Virus record (IMG/VR): IMGVR_UViG_3300032038_000001
Coordinates: 96,001 to 160,000 of that record
Strand: one strand, 5' to 3'
From: a virus
Taxonomy: Duplodnaviria > Caudoviricetes
Length of the DNA: 64,000 nt
Numbering within the stretch: the stretch's first letter is position 1; each line of letters opens with the position of its first letter. The notes under the pieces were generated by a model, which was not told the DNA's origin, did no database searches, and worked only from the letters and a program-made list of their open reading frames with translations. Of the stretch, positions 28,987 to 38,029 are shown piece by piece. Both the position numbers and the translations under genes were made by a program.

Positions 28987-30238
28987 TTATATCACCTGCT
29001 TTCAAAGAATAGCCTTCATTACACATTTTTATTTTCAAGCTATCTCTATATACTTGACCATCTATATCTTTTACAGATAATAATGATATGCCGTATATAT
29101 TATTATTATCATTATAAATTCTAAATAATAAGAAAACTTTTTCATTTATTTTTGCAATAAAACGTCTTATATGACCATTGTGACTTCTCACAGTTAATGT
29201 CTGAGGTTTAATTCTGCCCATAAGGTATGTATACATATCCTCATTAAGCTCGAAATCAATTCTGTTTTCCTCACCGAAGAACATAACTATTTCATCAGGA
29301 GTGAGTTCTTCTATTTTATATACTAATTTGGAATAATCATTTAATAACTCAGTTCCATCAAGAGTTCCAGATTCACCAAAAATTTGGTAGTTATTAGTTG
29401 AAATTGATATAGTATCAGTAAAATCTCCCTCGAAATATTTTAAAGGTAGATTATAAGATTCATTAACATCAATTTCTTTTTGTATACCATTTATAATATC
29501 AAGAGTGTCAATATTAGACTTTTCCATTTCAAAAATTATATTTTTAACTTTAGAAGACATAAATAAGTCATGGCGTAATCTTATATAATAAAGATATACT
29601 TTTGAATATTTGACAGGATCTATCTGAATAGATCGTAATGTTAATGTTATTAAACCAGCTATTTCATTTTCATAAGTTTTTTCCTTATTTTTTTTATCAA
29701 TATAAGCTAAAAGTTGTGTCTTTATAACATCTTGATATGGTCTACAGCTTATCATGTTAAATGGGTTAAAATCATTTATTCCAGTAGTTAATGTATTATA
29801 TATTGAATACTCCTCAAATTTCCAGGGAATAATATTAAATACTAATATTGTGATAATTTTATCATGACTATATAGAAAATCCCTCTTCTCATATTCTTCA
29901 GAAATCAAATCAACTATATGATTTATTGTCATAAATATATCTCTCATATCTTGACCAGAAAATGCAGGTGATATAATTAATCCACGAATCATATTATTAA
30001 GAAGTTTATTATTAGGAAGATCTTTCGATAGAATCCTTTCAATTTCATTTTTCACTACTTGAATATATCCATCAGTAACTATTTCTTCATTATATTCAGA
30101 TGCTAAAACCCTGCAATATGTCTTAAGAGATAAATCAAAACTATCAAAATGCTCAAAAAAAGTTTTTCTGAGACCGGGTTCGCAATAACGAAGGGCATCT
30201 TTTAAGATACTCATTTTATCCTGTGTATCGTATATCAT
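28967..30238 (-). CDS. hypothetical (probable virion) protein
   Basis: 423-aa ORF in a late operon. Confidence 0.7.
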   Translation of the reverse strand: MIYDTQDKMSILKDALRYCEPGLRKTFFEHFDSFDLSLKTYCRVLASEYNEEIVTDGYIQVVKNEIERILSKDLPNNKLLNNMIRGLIISPAFSGQDMRDIFMTINHIVDLISEEYEKRDFLYSHDKIITILVFNIIPWKFEEYSIYNTLTTGINDFNPFNMISCRPYQDVIKTQLLAYIDKKNKEKTYENEIAGLITLTLRSIQIDPVKYSKVYLYYIRLRHDLFMSSKVKNIIFEMEKSNIDTLDIINGIQKEIDVNESYNLPLKYFEGDFTDTISISTNNYQIFGESGTLDGTELLNDYSKLVYKIEELTPDEIVMFFGEENRIDFELNEDMYTYLMGRIKPQTLTVRSHNGHIRRFIAKINEKVFLLFRIYNDNNNIYGISLLSVKDIDGQVYRDSLKIKMCNEGYSLKAGDINGNIQQ

Positions 30239-30255
30239 ATTTTTTTTTCACCTTC

Positions 30256-31038
30256 TTAAAGCATTATAATGTTACCATCAATATTTTCATAATAATTAGT
30301 TTTCATCTGTTCAAGAAATGCTATCATTTTTTCATTTCTTTTGTCAACTATTTTTATATAATTGAATGAATTCATGTTTGATTTCATAACTTCATCTTTA
30401 AGTGCTTCTTTAACTTTATCAACTTCTTGAATCTTTTTCATTGTATTTGGATTACTTCCACCATCTTTTATTTCAACCTCAAGGTTTAATGATGTAATAA
30501 AGAAGTCTGGTATATAGAAATGCTTCTCACCATTATACATATAATAATAAGTATGTGGTGATGGAGATATAACATCAGTTGGATCAAATGCTAAAGTTTT
30601 ATCAAGAAACTCTAAAAAGCTTCTTTCATATGAACCAACATAAACTGATTTATGTACATGATCTCTCCATACATATTCACCACTTATTTTTCTTTTAGCA
30701 AGCATGATCCTCTGCTGTTCAGGGTCATTGAGTAGATTGGTTTTACCATATTTACCTATCATTCTATTCTTGAAAGTTTCAACATATTTTTCTTTACACT
30801 TTGGATTATTACAAAACCTATTGTATTTATGTGTTTTATCATTCCAAGTAGTAGGTTTCTTACAGATTACACAATTTCCATGTGTTTTACCAGTTCTTAA
30901 AAAATATGCAAATTGCCACCCATCCATATCTTCTGGAATCATTTCGGAATGGTCTTTTTCAAGATGAGCAACTAAATCACTTACATCATAATAATACATA
31001 TTACAGAACTTACAATATACACGTCTTTTAGTAGCCAA
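30256..31038 (-). CDS. zinc-finger plus TnsA-like PD-(D/E)xK nuclease (head-completion-nuclease-like)
   Basis: CKFC..H...H, CVICK, GSYE..F, YIPDF...EVEIK. Confidence 0.75.
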   Translation of the reverse strand: MATKRRVYCKFCNMYYYDVSDLVAHLEKDHSEMIPEDMDGWQFAYFLRTGKTHGNCVICKKPTTWNDKTHKYNRFCNNPKCKEKYVETFKNRMIGKYGKTNLLNDPEQQRIMLAKRKISGEYVWRDHVHKSVYVGSYERSFLEFLDKTLAFDPTDVISPSPHTYYYMYNGEKHFYIPDFFITSLNLEVEIKDGGSNPNTMKKIQEVDKVKEALKDEVMKSNMNSFNYIKIVDKRNEKMIAFLEQMKTNYYENIDGNIIML

Positions 31039-31147
31039 AAGAATTCACCAACTTTCATAAATTACTCGTTAATCTAATGTTTTTATAAGGTATTTTTACA
31101 CATGAACTTTATTATAATATATTTTTTTAATGAGGTGATTATAAATT

Positions 31148-31750
31148 ATGAACACATTTATTTTACAAGAAGCTGTTGTAAGAAGATTCTCAGATGGAGA
31201 AATTACATATGAACAGGCGACTTTCCTTCTTGATGCAATCACTAATAGGTATGATTATATTACAGAAGGAGCAAACATTGATTATATTAAGCAGTTTAGA
31301 AAAACTTTAAAAGAATATAAGATGCATGTAAAAATATTAAAGAAAATAGCTAATAAAGGTGAGTTAAAAGATAAACCTGAATTTGAAAAAGAGAAAAAGG
31401 CAGCTATAAAAGCTCTTGAAGAAGGCTTAAGTATTATAAAGTCTACACCATCGGATTTAGTCTCGACTATTCTTTCATACTTTGCTATTGGTTTAATAGA
31501 TACTATACAATGGACGATACCCATATTATTAACGTTTGGTCTTGCAGCCTATGTAGTAGCTATAAAACAGACTGTTGAAATAATTACTGGTATTGTTACA
31601 GCAGTCAAGAAAAAAGATGAAGAGGATATAACTGATAATCTTAACTTATTTAAAACACGATATAAGATGTATATTAATCAATTTAAGAAGTCCATTGATG
31701 CAATTGAGAAAAAGTATTTTGCTAAAATTAACGGTGAAGAAAAGAAATAA
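31148..31750 (+). CDS. probable internal head protein
   Basis: FSDGEITYEQATFLL motif shared with 26395-26715; YITE|G site. Confidence 0.6.
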   Translation: MNTFILQEAVVRRFSDGEITYEQATFLLDAITNRYDYITEGANIDYIKQFRKTLKEYKMHVKILKKIANKGELKDKPEFEKEKKAAIKALEEGLSIIKSTPSDLVSTILSYFAIGLIDTIQWTIPILLTFGLAAYVVAIKQTVEIITGIVTAVKKKDEEDITDNLNLFKTRYKMYINQFKKSIDAIEKKYFAKINGEEKK

Positions 31751-31888
31751 TATAAAAAAAAGACGAGATGTATTTAATATATACATCTCGTCTTTTTATT
31801 TTACATTAAAATAATTTTATTATATTAAAATTCATCACGGTGACATTGTAATAAGTCACATGATAATCTAACGAAAGGGTGATTAATC

Positions 31889-32305
31889 ATGGCGGTTGAT
31901 CCAACTTATGGAGTCAATAATTTTAATAAAGCAAAAGTCTTAACAGAAGAAGAAACATATGTGCATAACATATTAACAATTTTACTCGGTAAACCAGGAT
32001 TCTATCCGTCAATACCATATCTTGGAATGGATATACAACAAGAATTGTATAAATTTGAAGATGAGATAGATACTGAGAAACTCAAGGCACAATTAGTATC
32101 TCAGTGTAGTGATTTTTTACCATTAGTAAAAAATGGAGATTTTGATATCATAACTACTACTTACAATAATCAAACTCTGTTAATTTTTCAGTTACCTGTT
32201 ATAATTAATAATAATCATATTGCACTTGCAGTTGGTATCACTTTGAATAAAGGACAACTAGTTTATCAATTTACAGAAAATCCTATAAATACACAAATTA
32301 TTTAA
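31889..32305 (+). CDS. baseplate wedge protein (T4 gp25-like)
   Basis: ILLGKPGFYPSIPYLGMDI pattern. Confidence 0.7.
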   Translation: MAVDPTYGVNNFNKAKVLTEEETYVHNILTILLGKPGFYPSIPYLGMDIQQELYKFEDEIDTEKLKAQLVSQCSDFLPLVKNGDFDIITTTYNNQTLLIFQLPVIINNNHIALAVGITLNKGQLVYQFTENPINTQII

Positions 32306-32327
32306 TTACAAAAGGAGGAACTAAAAA

Positions 32328-34052
32328 ATGTCCAATAGCATTAATGAAATCAACAATAATAGTTTTTTTAGCGATTCAGGTGCACAGAGAGATGAGTCTA
32401 TTCCTCTCGATTCGCTTATAAAAGCTAAAAAAGAGAATACGCCTCAGCAGACTGAAAAGAAGAAAGAACTTTCTCCACTTGAGCAGATGAAAGTATCAAA
32501 AGAAAACAATAACAGTGGTATGGAAATTTCTAATGAAGCTCTGAAAGAAAAGGAATTGAGAAATCCTATTATGGATGACCAGCGTCTTAGTGAATTTGAA
32601 GAGAGAGAATTAGAACTTGATGAAAGTATAAATAAGAGAAAAGCTATTGTTGTAATTAAGGAACCAACTAATAGCTTTGAATATATGAATTTAATGATGG
32701 AGCTTGATTCCGTTGTCCTCCATGACGATGGAACAGCAACTATTGAATATAAGGATAAGCACGGAAATCCTATGACTCCTCAGTATATTCGTCTTCGCGA
32801 AGATGGAGATGAGGCTTTCGATCTTGGAAAGGATAAGAAAGCTATGGCTGAAAGAGCTAAGATGAAGGATGTTTCAGCACCGCCCGAGAATAATGACTCT
32901 GGAGCAATTGCTGGAGATGCTCCTGATGATGAACTTAATAAGACAGTTCAGGTTCTTATTGATAAGACCGGACTTGGAACAGACTTTATTTTCAATGATG
33001 AAGAAAAGAAAAAACTCACTGAAGCTCCCGAAATTCAAATTCGTGAAATTGAATTTGTTGATATTGAAAGTATCATTTCTAAGAAAAGTGAAAAATCGTT
33101 TCAGGAATCTATATCAGCATATCAACTTTCAAATTCTAAAACTACCATTTGTTTCCCGGCTTCAGGCTTTAGAGCTCAGATGAAGGGTCTTACATATGGT
33201 GAGATGGGTGACATTTCACTCTCTATGGATTCAGTTACATTTGATCAGTATAGAAAGCGTCTTTCAATCATATACAATAAAATGGTTAATAGCAATATTG
33301 GACCATTTAAGTCATTTGAAGACTTCCTTAAGGGATTTGCATATGTTGATATTCCTATGGCACTTTATGGTCTGTATATCTCAACTCAGTCAGAAATACA
33401 GACGATTCAGCTTCGTTGTGGTAATGAAGAGTGTGGTAAATCATTTAATTGGGAATTCAGCACACGCAGTGTAATAAGACTTGAGAAGTGCTCTAAGCAG
33501 TTCCTTGAAAAGATGAAGGAAATTGCAACTTCTCCCGCTTCTGAATATGACAAGATTCGTGAGAAATCTGCTGTAATGAATTCTAAATATGTAAAATTAC
33601 CTTACTCTGGATTCATCGTAGAGATGGGTATTATTTCAGCATATGAATTTCTTTATAATTTTATTCCAGTTCTTGATGAAAAGACATTTAAGGATGCTTT
33701 TGGTGAAGATCTGAATGAAATTTATATGAACAACGTTCTCTTACTTACAACAGTTAAGTCTGTCCGTGTTCCTAATGACGATGGTACATATTCTGTTGCA
33801 GAAGGATACAAGGATATTCTTGATGCTATATACAGAATTAATCCTGAAGAAATTAAGCTCCTTGCAGCTATTACAAATAAGCTTACAACTGAATATCAGT
33901 CATATTTCTCATTTGGCGATGTTACTTGTCCTCATTGTGGAAATGTAACACATGACCTTGACCTGACTATGGATGACCTGGTTTTTCAGACATATCAACG
34001 GTTGCTGAGTACCGAAATCAATGTACAGAACATGCAAAGTTTCTCGATGTAA
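32328..34052 (+). CDS. baseplate-hub/tail assembly chaperone (T4 gp26-like, zinc-binding)
   Basis: PASG, CGNEECG and CPHCG, ending DDLVF at a slippery site. Confidence 0.7.
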   Translation: MSNSINEINNNSFFSDSGAQRDESIPLDSLIKAKKENTPQQTEKKKELSPLEQMKVSKENNNSGMEISNEALKEKELRNPIMDDQRLSEFEERELELDESINKRKAIVVIKEPTNSFEYMNLMMELDSVVLHDDGTATIEYKDKHGNPMTPQYIRLREDGDEAFDLGKDKKAMAERAKMKDVSAPPENNDSGAIAGDAPDDELNKTVQVLIDKTGLGTDFIFNDEEKKKLTEAPEIQIREIEFVDIESIISKKSEKSFQESISAYQLSNSKTTICFPASGFRAQMKGLTYGEMGDISLSMDSVTFDQYRKRLSIIYNKMVNSNIGPFKSFEDFLKGFAYVDIPMALYGLYISTQSEIQTIQLRCGNEECGKSFNWEFSTRSVIRLEKCSKQFLEKMKEIATSPASEYDKIREKSAVMNSKYVKLPYSGFIVEMGIISAYEFLYNFIPVLDEKTFKDAFGEDLNEIYMNNVLLLTTVKSVRVPNDDGTYSVAEGYKDILDAIYRINPEEIKLLAAITNKLTTEYQSYFSFGDVTCPHCGNVTHDLDLTMDDLVFQTYQRLLSTEINVQNMQSFSM

Positions 34053-34204
34053 CTCTTTCTTTATTTAAAGGAGAATTGAGTCTTACTGATATTTTGCATG
34101 AACTGCCATTTCGTAGGTTACTAGAGTTACGGTCTGCTCGTGTCAATCGGTTGATGGAAGAGTCTAAAGAATTGGAAAAATCCAGTATAAATAAATCTGG
34201 TTAA
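33986..34204 (+). CDS. putative -1 frameshift extension of the tail assembly chaperone (72 codons)
   Basis: the -1 frame is open from just before G-GTT-TTT-C (33980-33987) to TAA 34202-34204; SDISTVAEY...LSLTDILHELPFRRLLELRSAR. Confidence 0.6.
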   Translation, partial: SDISTVAEYRNQCTEHAKFLDVTLSLFKGELSLTDILHELPFRRLLELRSARVNRLMEESKELEKSSINKSG

Positions 34205-34271
34205 GACCGAAAAAGACGATAAAAGGAATCATTGTGAATAAGTAATAAATTTCTTTCTTTATTACTTACCT

Positions 34272-34631
34272 ATGTTCAAAAATTATTTAAGTTTATTAAA
34301 GAAAGGAATTCGCCAAATGAAGAAGACAATGACTGAGTATATATCAGCATTATCTACTAATTCATTCGATATACTTGAAAGTATCATAGAAAAGAAATAT
34401 CAAAAATTTATTACTTTATACTGGATGCTAAAAGATTATAGTGATAATATTTTTAGTCTTAAATATAAAGATACAAAAGATCAAGTTCTTAAAATAGAGG
34501 TTGAGCTTTCAGGTATTGATATAGACAAGGTTATGTCAGACCTTCATGACAGCATATCGGATGATTGTTCAGTACTGATATATAATGAAAAGAAAAAAAT
34601 TCATATTGAAATAACAAAAGAAGAAAAATAA
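34272..34631 (+). CDS. hypothetical protein (likely start ATG 34317)
   Basis: RBS gaaagga before 34317. Confidence 0.65.
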   Translation: MFKNYLSLLKKGIRQMKKTMTEYISALSTNSFDILESIIEKKYQKFITLYWMLKDYSDNIFSLKYKDTKDQVLKIEVELSGIDIDKVMSDLHDSISDDCSVLIYNEKKKIHIEITKEEK

Positions 34632-34676
34632 AAAAAATAAGCGGTGTGAGATTAAATCTCACACCGCTTATATTAG

Positions 34677-35612
34677 TTATTGAGGCTGCCTTTTTGCCAT
34701 GCAAGCCTCAATGTACTCACATGTTGTATTCACATTATTTTCCAAGTGAGCACATACTGAAGGCCACTGCCACTCTCTTATAACACCATCTTCGCAACAT
34801 TTGAACATTACATCGTTACGTATCATTTTATTATTTATATGTCCATCAACGATATATTTATTCTCTATGTTAGTATTAAATATATCATCAATTACTGAAT
34901 CAATCGTGTCAATGACATTCTCATAATGCTCTCTATTGATTTTCATTATCTTACTACGAATGTAGCGTTCTTCGTATCCCGTAACTCCGAAATCATCCTG
35001 TGAGAACTTCAGATATTTATCTACAAGTTCGTTCTCTATTCTTTCCCAGTTTATCTTCTTCGTCGTCATCATTATTTGATTATATAGCAGGCCTATACAA
35101 TCATCAATGCGTGCCGCCCACACCTCGCGGGATTTATACGGGCACTCATTTATGGGCGGATAGATGAGAACTGCTTCCTCAGATGAGAGTTCGTCTGCTT
35201 CTGCTTCTGTTTCGTCAACTGTTTCCTCAACTGTTTCTGTTTCGTCAACTGCTTCCTCAACTGCTTCCTGTTCTTCCTCAGATGAGAGTTCAGCGGCTTC
35301 TGCTTCGTCGACGTCGTTTTCCACCATTATCTCATCATCGTCTGCTTCGATTTCAGCATCAAGAGCATCGTCAGCATCATCCGAGAGTTCAGCTGCTTCT
35401 GCTTTGTCACCCGAGTCCTGCTCTTCCTCAGCTGCTTCTGCTTCCGCTTCGTCGACGTCGTTTTCCACCATTATCTCATCATCGTCTCCACCGAACTCAG
35501 CAGCATCAAAGGCCTGCTTAGCAAGTTTCCGCTGTCTCAGGATTGCAAAAATGCTTATTCCTGAAAGTCCTACTACACCAGCACCGATAGCGATTTTAGT
35601 TGTCTTTTTCAT
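34677..35612 (-). CDS. membrane-anchored, highly acidic repeat protein (cargo of leader copy 2)
   Basis: N-terminal TM helix; DDDEIMVENDVDEAEA x2, AELSSEE, VDETE repeats. Confidence 0.85.
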   Translation of the reverse strand: MKKTTKIAIGAGVVGLSGISIFAILRQRKLAKQAFDAAEFGGDDDEIMVENDVDEAEAEAAEEEQDSGDKAEAAELSDDADDALDAEIEADDDEIMVENDVDEAEAAELSSEEEQEAVEEAVDETETVEETVDETEAEADELSSEEAVLIYPPINECPYKSREVWAARIDDCIGLLYNQIMMTTKKINWERIENELVDKYLKFSQDDFGVTGYEERYIRSKIMKINREHYENVIDTIDSVIDDIFNTNIENKYIVDGHINNKMIRNDVMFKCCEDGVIREWQWPSVCAHLENNVNTTCEYIEACMAKRQPQ

Positions 35613-35819
35613 AAGATTACCTCCTTGTAATCATACTCTGTTTTATTGACTGTGGTAAACAGAGGGAACATACAAAGTTCTGAGAAACCACTTAAATGTT
35701 TTTATGTAATAATCTATATATAACTTAACCTGATACCTTCACTATGAAGTTAGGGTAAGTTATTATATATCTTATTACACGGAGATAGTATATATATGAA
35801 ATTATTAAGTTTACGGTTA
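35613..35819 (-). repeat. conserved structured leader element, copy 2
   Basis: homologous to 7332-7552 with compensatory stem changes. Confidence 0.92.
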
Positions 35820-36004
35820 TAAGAATAAAAATACTCTTAAAAAAATCAGGAACATATAAACCTGTATAAATAAGAATACATTCTTTCTCCTTTTTTCTCA
35901 TAGGACCTTAAAAAACTTGTAATTTGAAACTACTAAAAAATAAATAAGTCTTTTATAAAATAAAAAAAAGAAGCCCATACTATTACAGTATGGGCTCCCA
36001 TTAT

Positions 36005-36340
36005 TCAATCATTGGAAGGGGATGGATGGTGCCATCGTTCATCGATCCACCCCCATGTTATGAATGCCTTTCCATTGCATTCACCGTACCCTCTCATTAT
36101 GGCGTCTATGAATATACGCCCTTCCCTGGGAACAAACCCTGAAAAATCAGGGTTTAATTCATGGATGCCGAATTCGAACAGAACCCCTCTCTCAGACATA
36201 GCTGAGGTTATGTCTGAGAGAAGGTCTTCGGTGAGAAGCCCTCTAAACAATTCTAGCTCCATGTTTTGTTGAAAAAGCTGAGGACTCATTCTCCCAGCCT
36301 TTTCAACAAATTCATCTATCTGATTAATGATATTTTTCAT
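36005..36340 (-). CDS. orphan cargo protein (leader copy 3)
   Basis: AGGAGG RBS; terminator at ~35963-35997. Confidence 0.8.
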   Translation of the reverse strand: MKNIINQIDEFVEKAGRMSPQLFQQNMELELFRGLLTEDLLSDITSAMSERGVLFEFGIHELNPDFSGFVPREGRIFIDAIMRGYGECNGKAFITWGWIDERWHHPSPSND

Positions 36341-36553
36341 ATGATTACCTCCTAGTAATCTTACTCTGTTTTATTGACTGTGGTAAACAGAGGGAACATA
36401 CAAAGTTCCGAGAAACCACTTAACTGTTTTTATGTAATAATCTATATAACATCTTAACTCGATACCTTCGTTATGAAGTTGAGGTAAGTTATTATATATC
36501 TTATTACACATAAATTATATATATATGAAAATATTCAGTTTACTGTTTTATAA
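36341..36553 (-). repeat. conserved structured leader element, copy 3
   Basis: homologous to 7332-7552 with compensatory stem changes. Confidence 0.92.
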
Positions 36554-36635
36554 TAAAAATATTATACCATTTAAAAATAATACTCTTAAAAATTAGGAAC
36601 ACAAACCTGTAAAAAAGGAGAAAGAAGGTATTCTT

Positions 36636-37373
36636 ATGAAAGAAATAGTATCAACAATCAACGGTAAAAAAACAGTAATGTCTATTCAGACGAACGGAGT
36701 AACTATTACAAAAAATATTGACGATAGTAATAGTTACGAAATAACCATCTATTCATCTCGATTGAAGAAGATAATAAAGAAAAAAATTATCCCAATCATT
36801 GATTGTATGAGTGATAATGATACAATTATAATTACTCCATCTGTTAGTAACAATGGGGTTCATACACGAATAGTGTGCGGGATAAATAAAGAAATGGTTG
36901 AATCATTATTATTATGGTATAATTCATTAGAATGTATTTTATCAATAAACAGATATTTGATTAAAGAATTCAACGAATATACTGATTATGAATTTGATAT
37001 AAAACGTGTGATTTATAGCAATTCTCATTCAACATTTTGGGAAACTATTAATAAAGATAAAGAATTGTATTTCACTAAAATAAATCAATACCAAAATGGT
37101 ATTATGTATATAACCACTAATAAAAATACTCATAGAGAAATTACATCATTGATAGCAAGGTCAACTTCTAAAATGACTCAATCAATTATTGATAAAGAAA
37201 TATCTTTTGATAATATTATTTCTATCAAAAGACTTATTAATGAAGAAAATATGAGTATTGATGAAGCGATAGAAAAAATTATTGGTGACACTAGTCGTTT
37301 CAACAGATATTTTAATAATTATGTGATACGGTATAAAAATTTAGATAAAATAATTCATTCATTAATAAAATAA
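36636..37373 (+). CDS. hypothetical protein
   Basis: RBS aaggag; 245 aa. Confidence 0.75.
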   Translation: MKEIVSTINGKKTVMSIQTNGVTITKNIDDSNSYEITIYSSRLKKIIKKKIIPIIDCMSDNDTIIITPSVSNNGVHTRIVCGINKEMVESLLLWYNSLECILSINRYLIKEFNEYTDYEFDIKRVIYSNSHSTFWETINKDKELYFTKINQYQNGIMYITTNKNTHREITSLIARSTSKMTQSIIDKEISFDNIISIKRLINEENMSIDEAIEKIIGDTSRFNRYFNNYVIRYKNLDKIIHSLIK

Positions 37374-37423
37374 ATAAAAAAAAAGAGATACTAGTCTTGT
37401 AAGACTAGTATCTCTTCTTTTTT

Positions 37424-37564
37424 TTAGATTAAAGCATTAACAATTGCTACAACTATTCCAAGAATGAGTATGACTGTCAACGCGACACCGATATCGTGAT
37501 CACGCTTCAATCTCTTGTAACCCTTGAATTTTCTTTCGCCGTTTTCTTTTCTGTTATTTTTCAT
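37424..37564 (-). CDS. 46-aa single-TM orphan protein (cargo of leader copy 4)
   Basis: MKNNRKENGERKFKGYKRLKRDHDIGVALTVILILGIVVAIVNALI after AAGGAGG. Confidence 0.75.
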   Translation of the reverse strand: MKNNRKENGERKFKGYKRLKRDHDIGVALTVILILGIVVAIVNALI

Positions 37565-37783
37565 AATAAGTACCTCCTTATTGTACTTATACTCTGTTTT
37601 ATTGACTGTGGTAAACAGAGGGAACATAAAAGTTCCGAGAAACCACTTACTGCTGTTTATGTAATAATCTATATAATATCTTAATCTGACGCCTTCGCTA
37701 TGAAGTTAGATTAAGATATCATTTATCTTATTACACTGAAATATTATATATATGAAATTATTAAGTTTACGGTTTTATAATAA
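37565..37783 (-). repeat. conserved structured leader element, copy 4
   Basis: near-identical inverted copy of 7332-7552. Confidence 0.95.
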
Positions 37784-37849
37784 TATCTTTTTTATTTTTT
37801 TTATAATTGAAACATTGAAATAAAATATTATCTATAGGAGGGTTTAGTA

Positions 37850-38029
37850 ATGGCAAAAATCACTAAGCAAACTGAAAAAGAAATTATAAAGTCTGCTGCA
37901 TACGGTTATTCAGTTAAAAAAATAGCTGAAATATATGGTATAACTGAAGACTTTACAAAATCTGTAATTAATTCAAATAAGGAAGAAATTGCATCACAAA
38001 AGAAATATCTTGCGGAGGTGGGTAAATAA
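37850..38029 (+). CDS. 59-aa HTH-like protein upstream of the endolysin (not in ORF track)
   Basis: RBS aggaggg; MAKITKQTEKEIIKSAAYGYSVKKIAEIYGITEDF...; TAATG overlap with the lysin. Confidence 0.7.
   Translation: MAKITKQTEKEIIKSAAYGYSVKKIAEIYGITEDFTKSVINSNKEEIASQKKYLAEVGK

Noticed and set aside
35164-35649. Ser-rich 161-aa and Leu/Arg-rich 112-aa plus-strand ORFs
   Set aside because: Antisense shadows of the acidic repeat gene, with no RBS
35613-37783. Repeats as a CRISPR array
   Set aside because: Units are ~210 bp separated by whole genes; no 25-45-bp repeat/spacer periodicity was seen anywhere in the window
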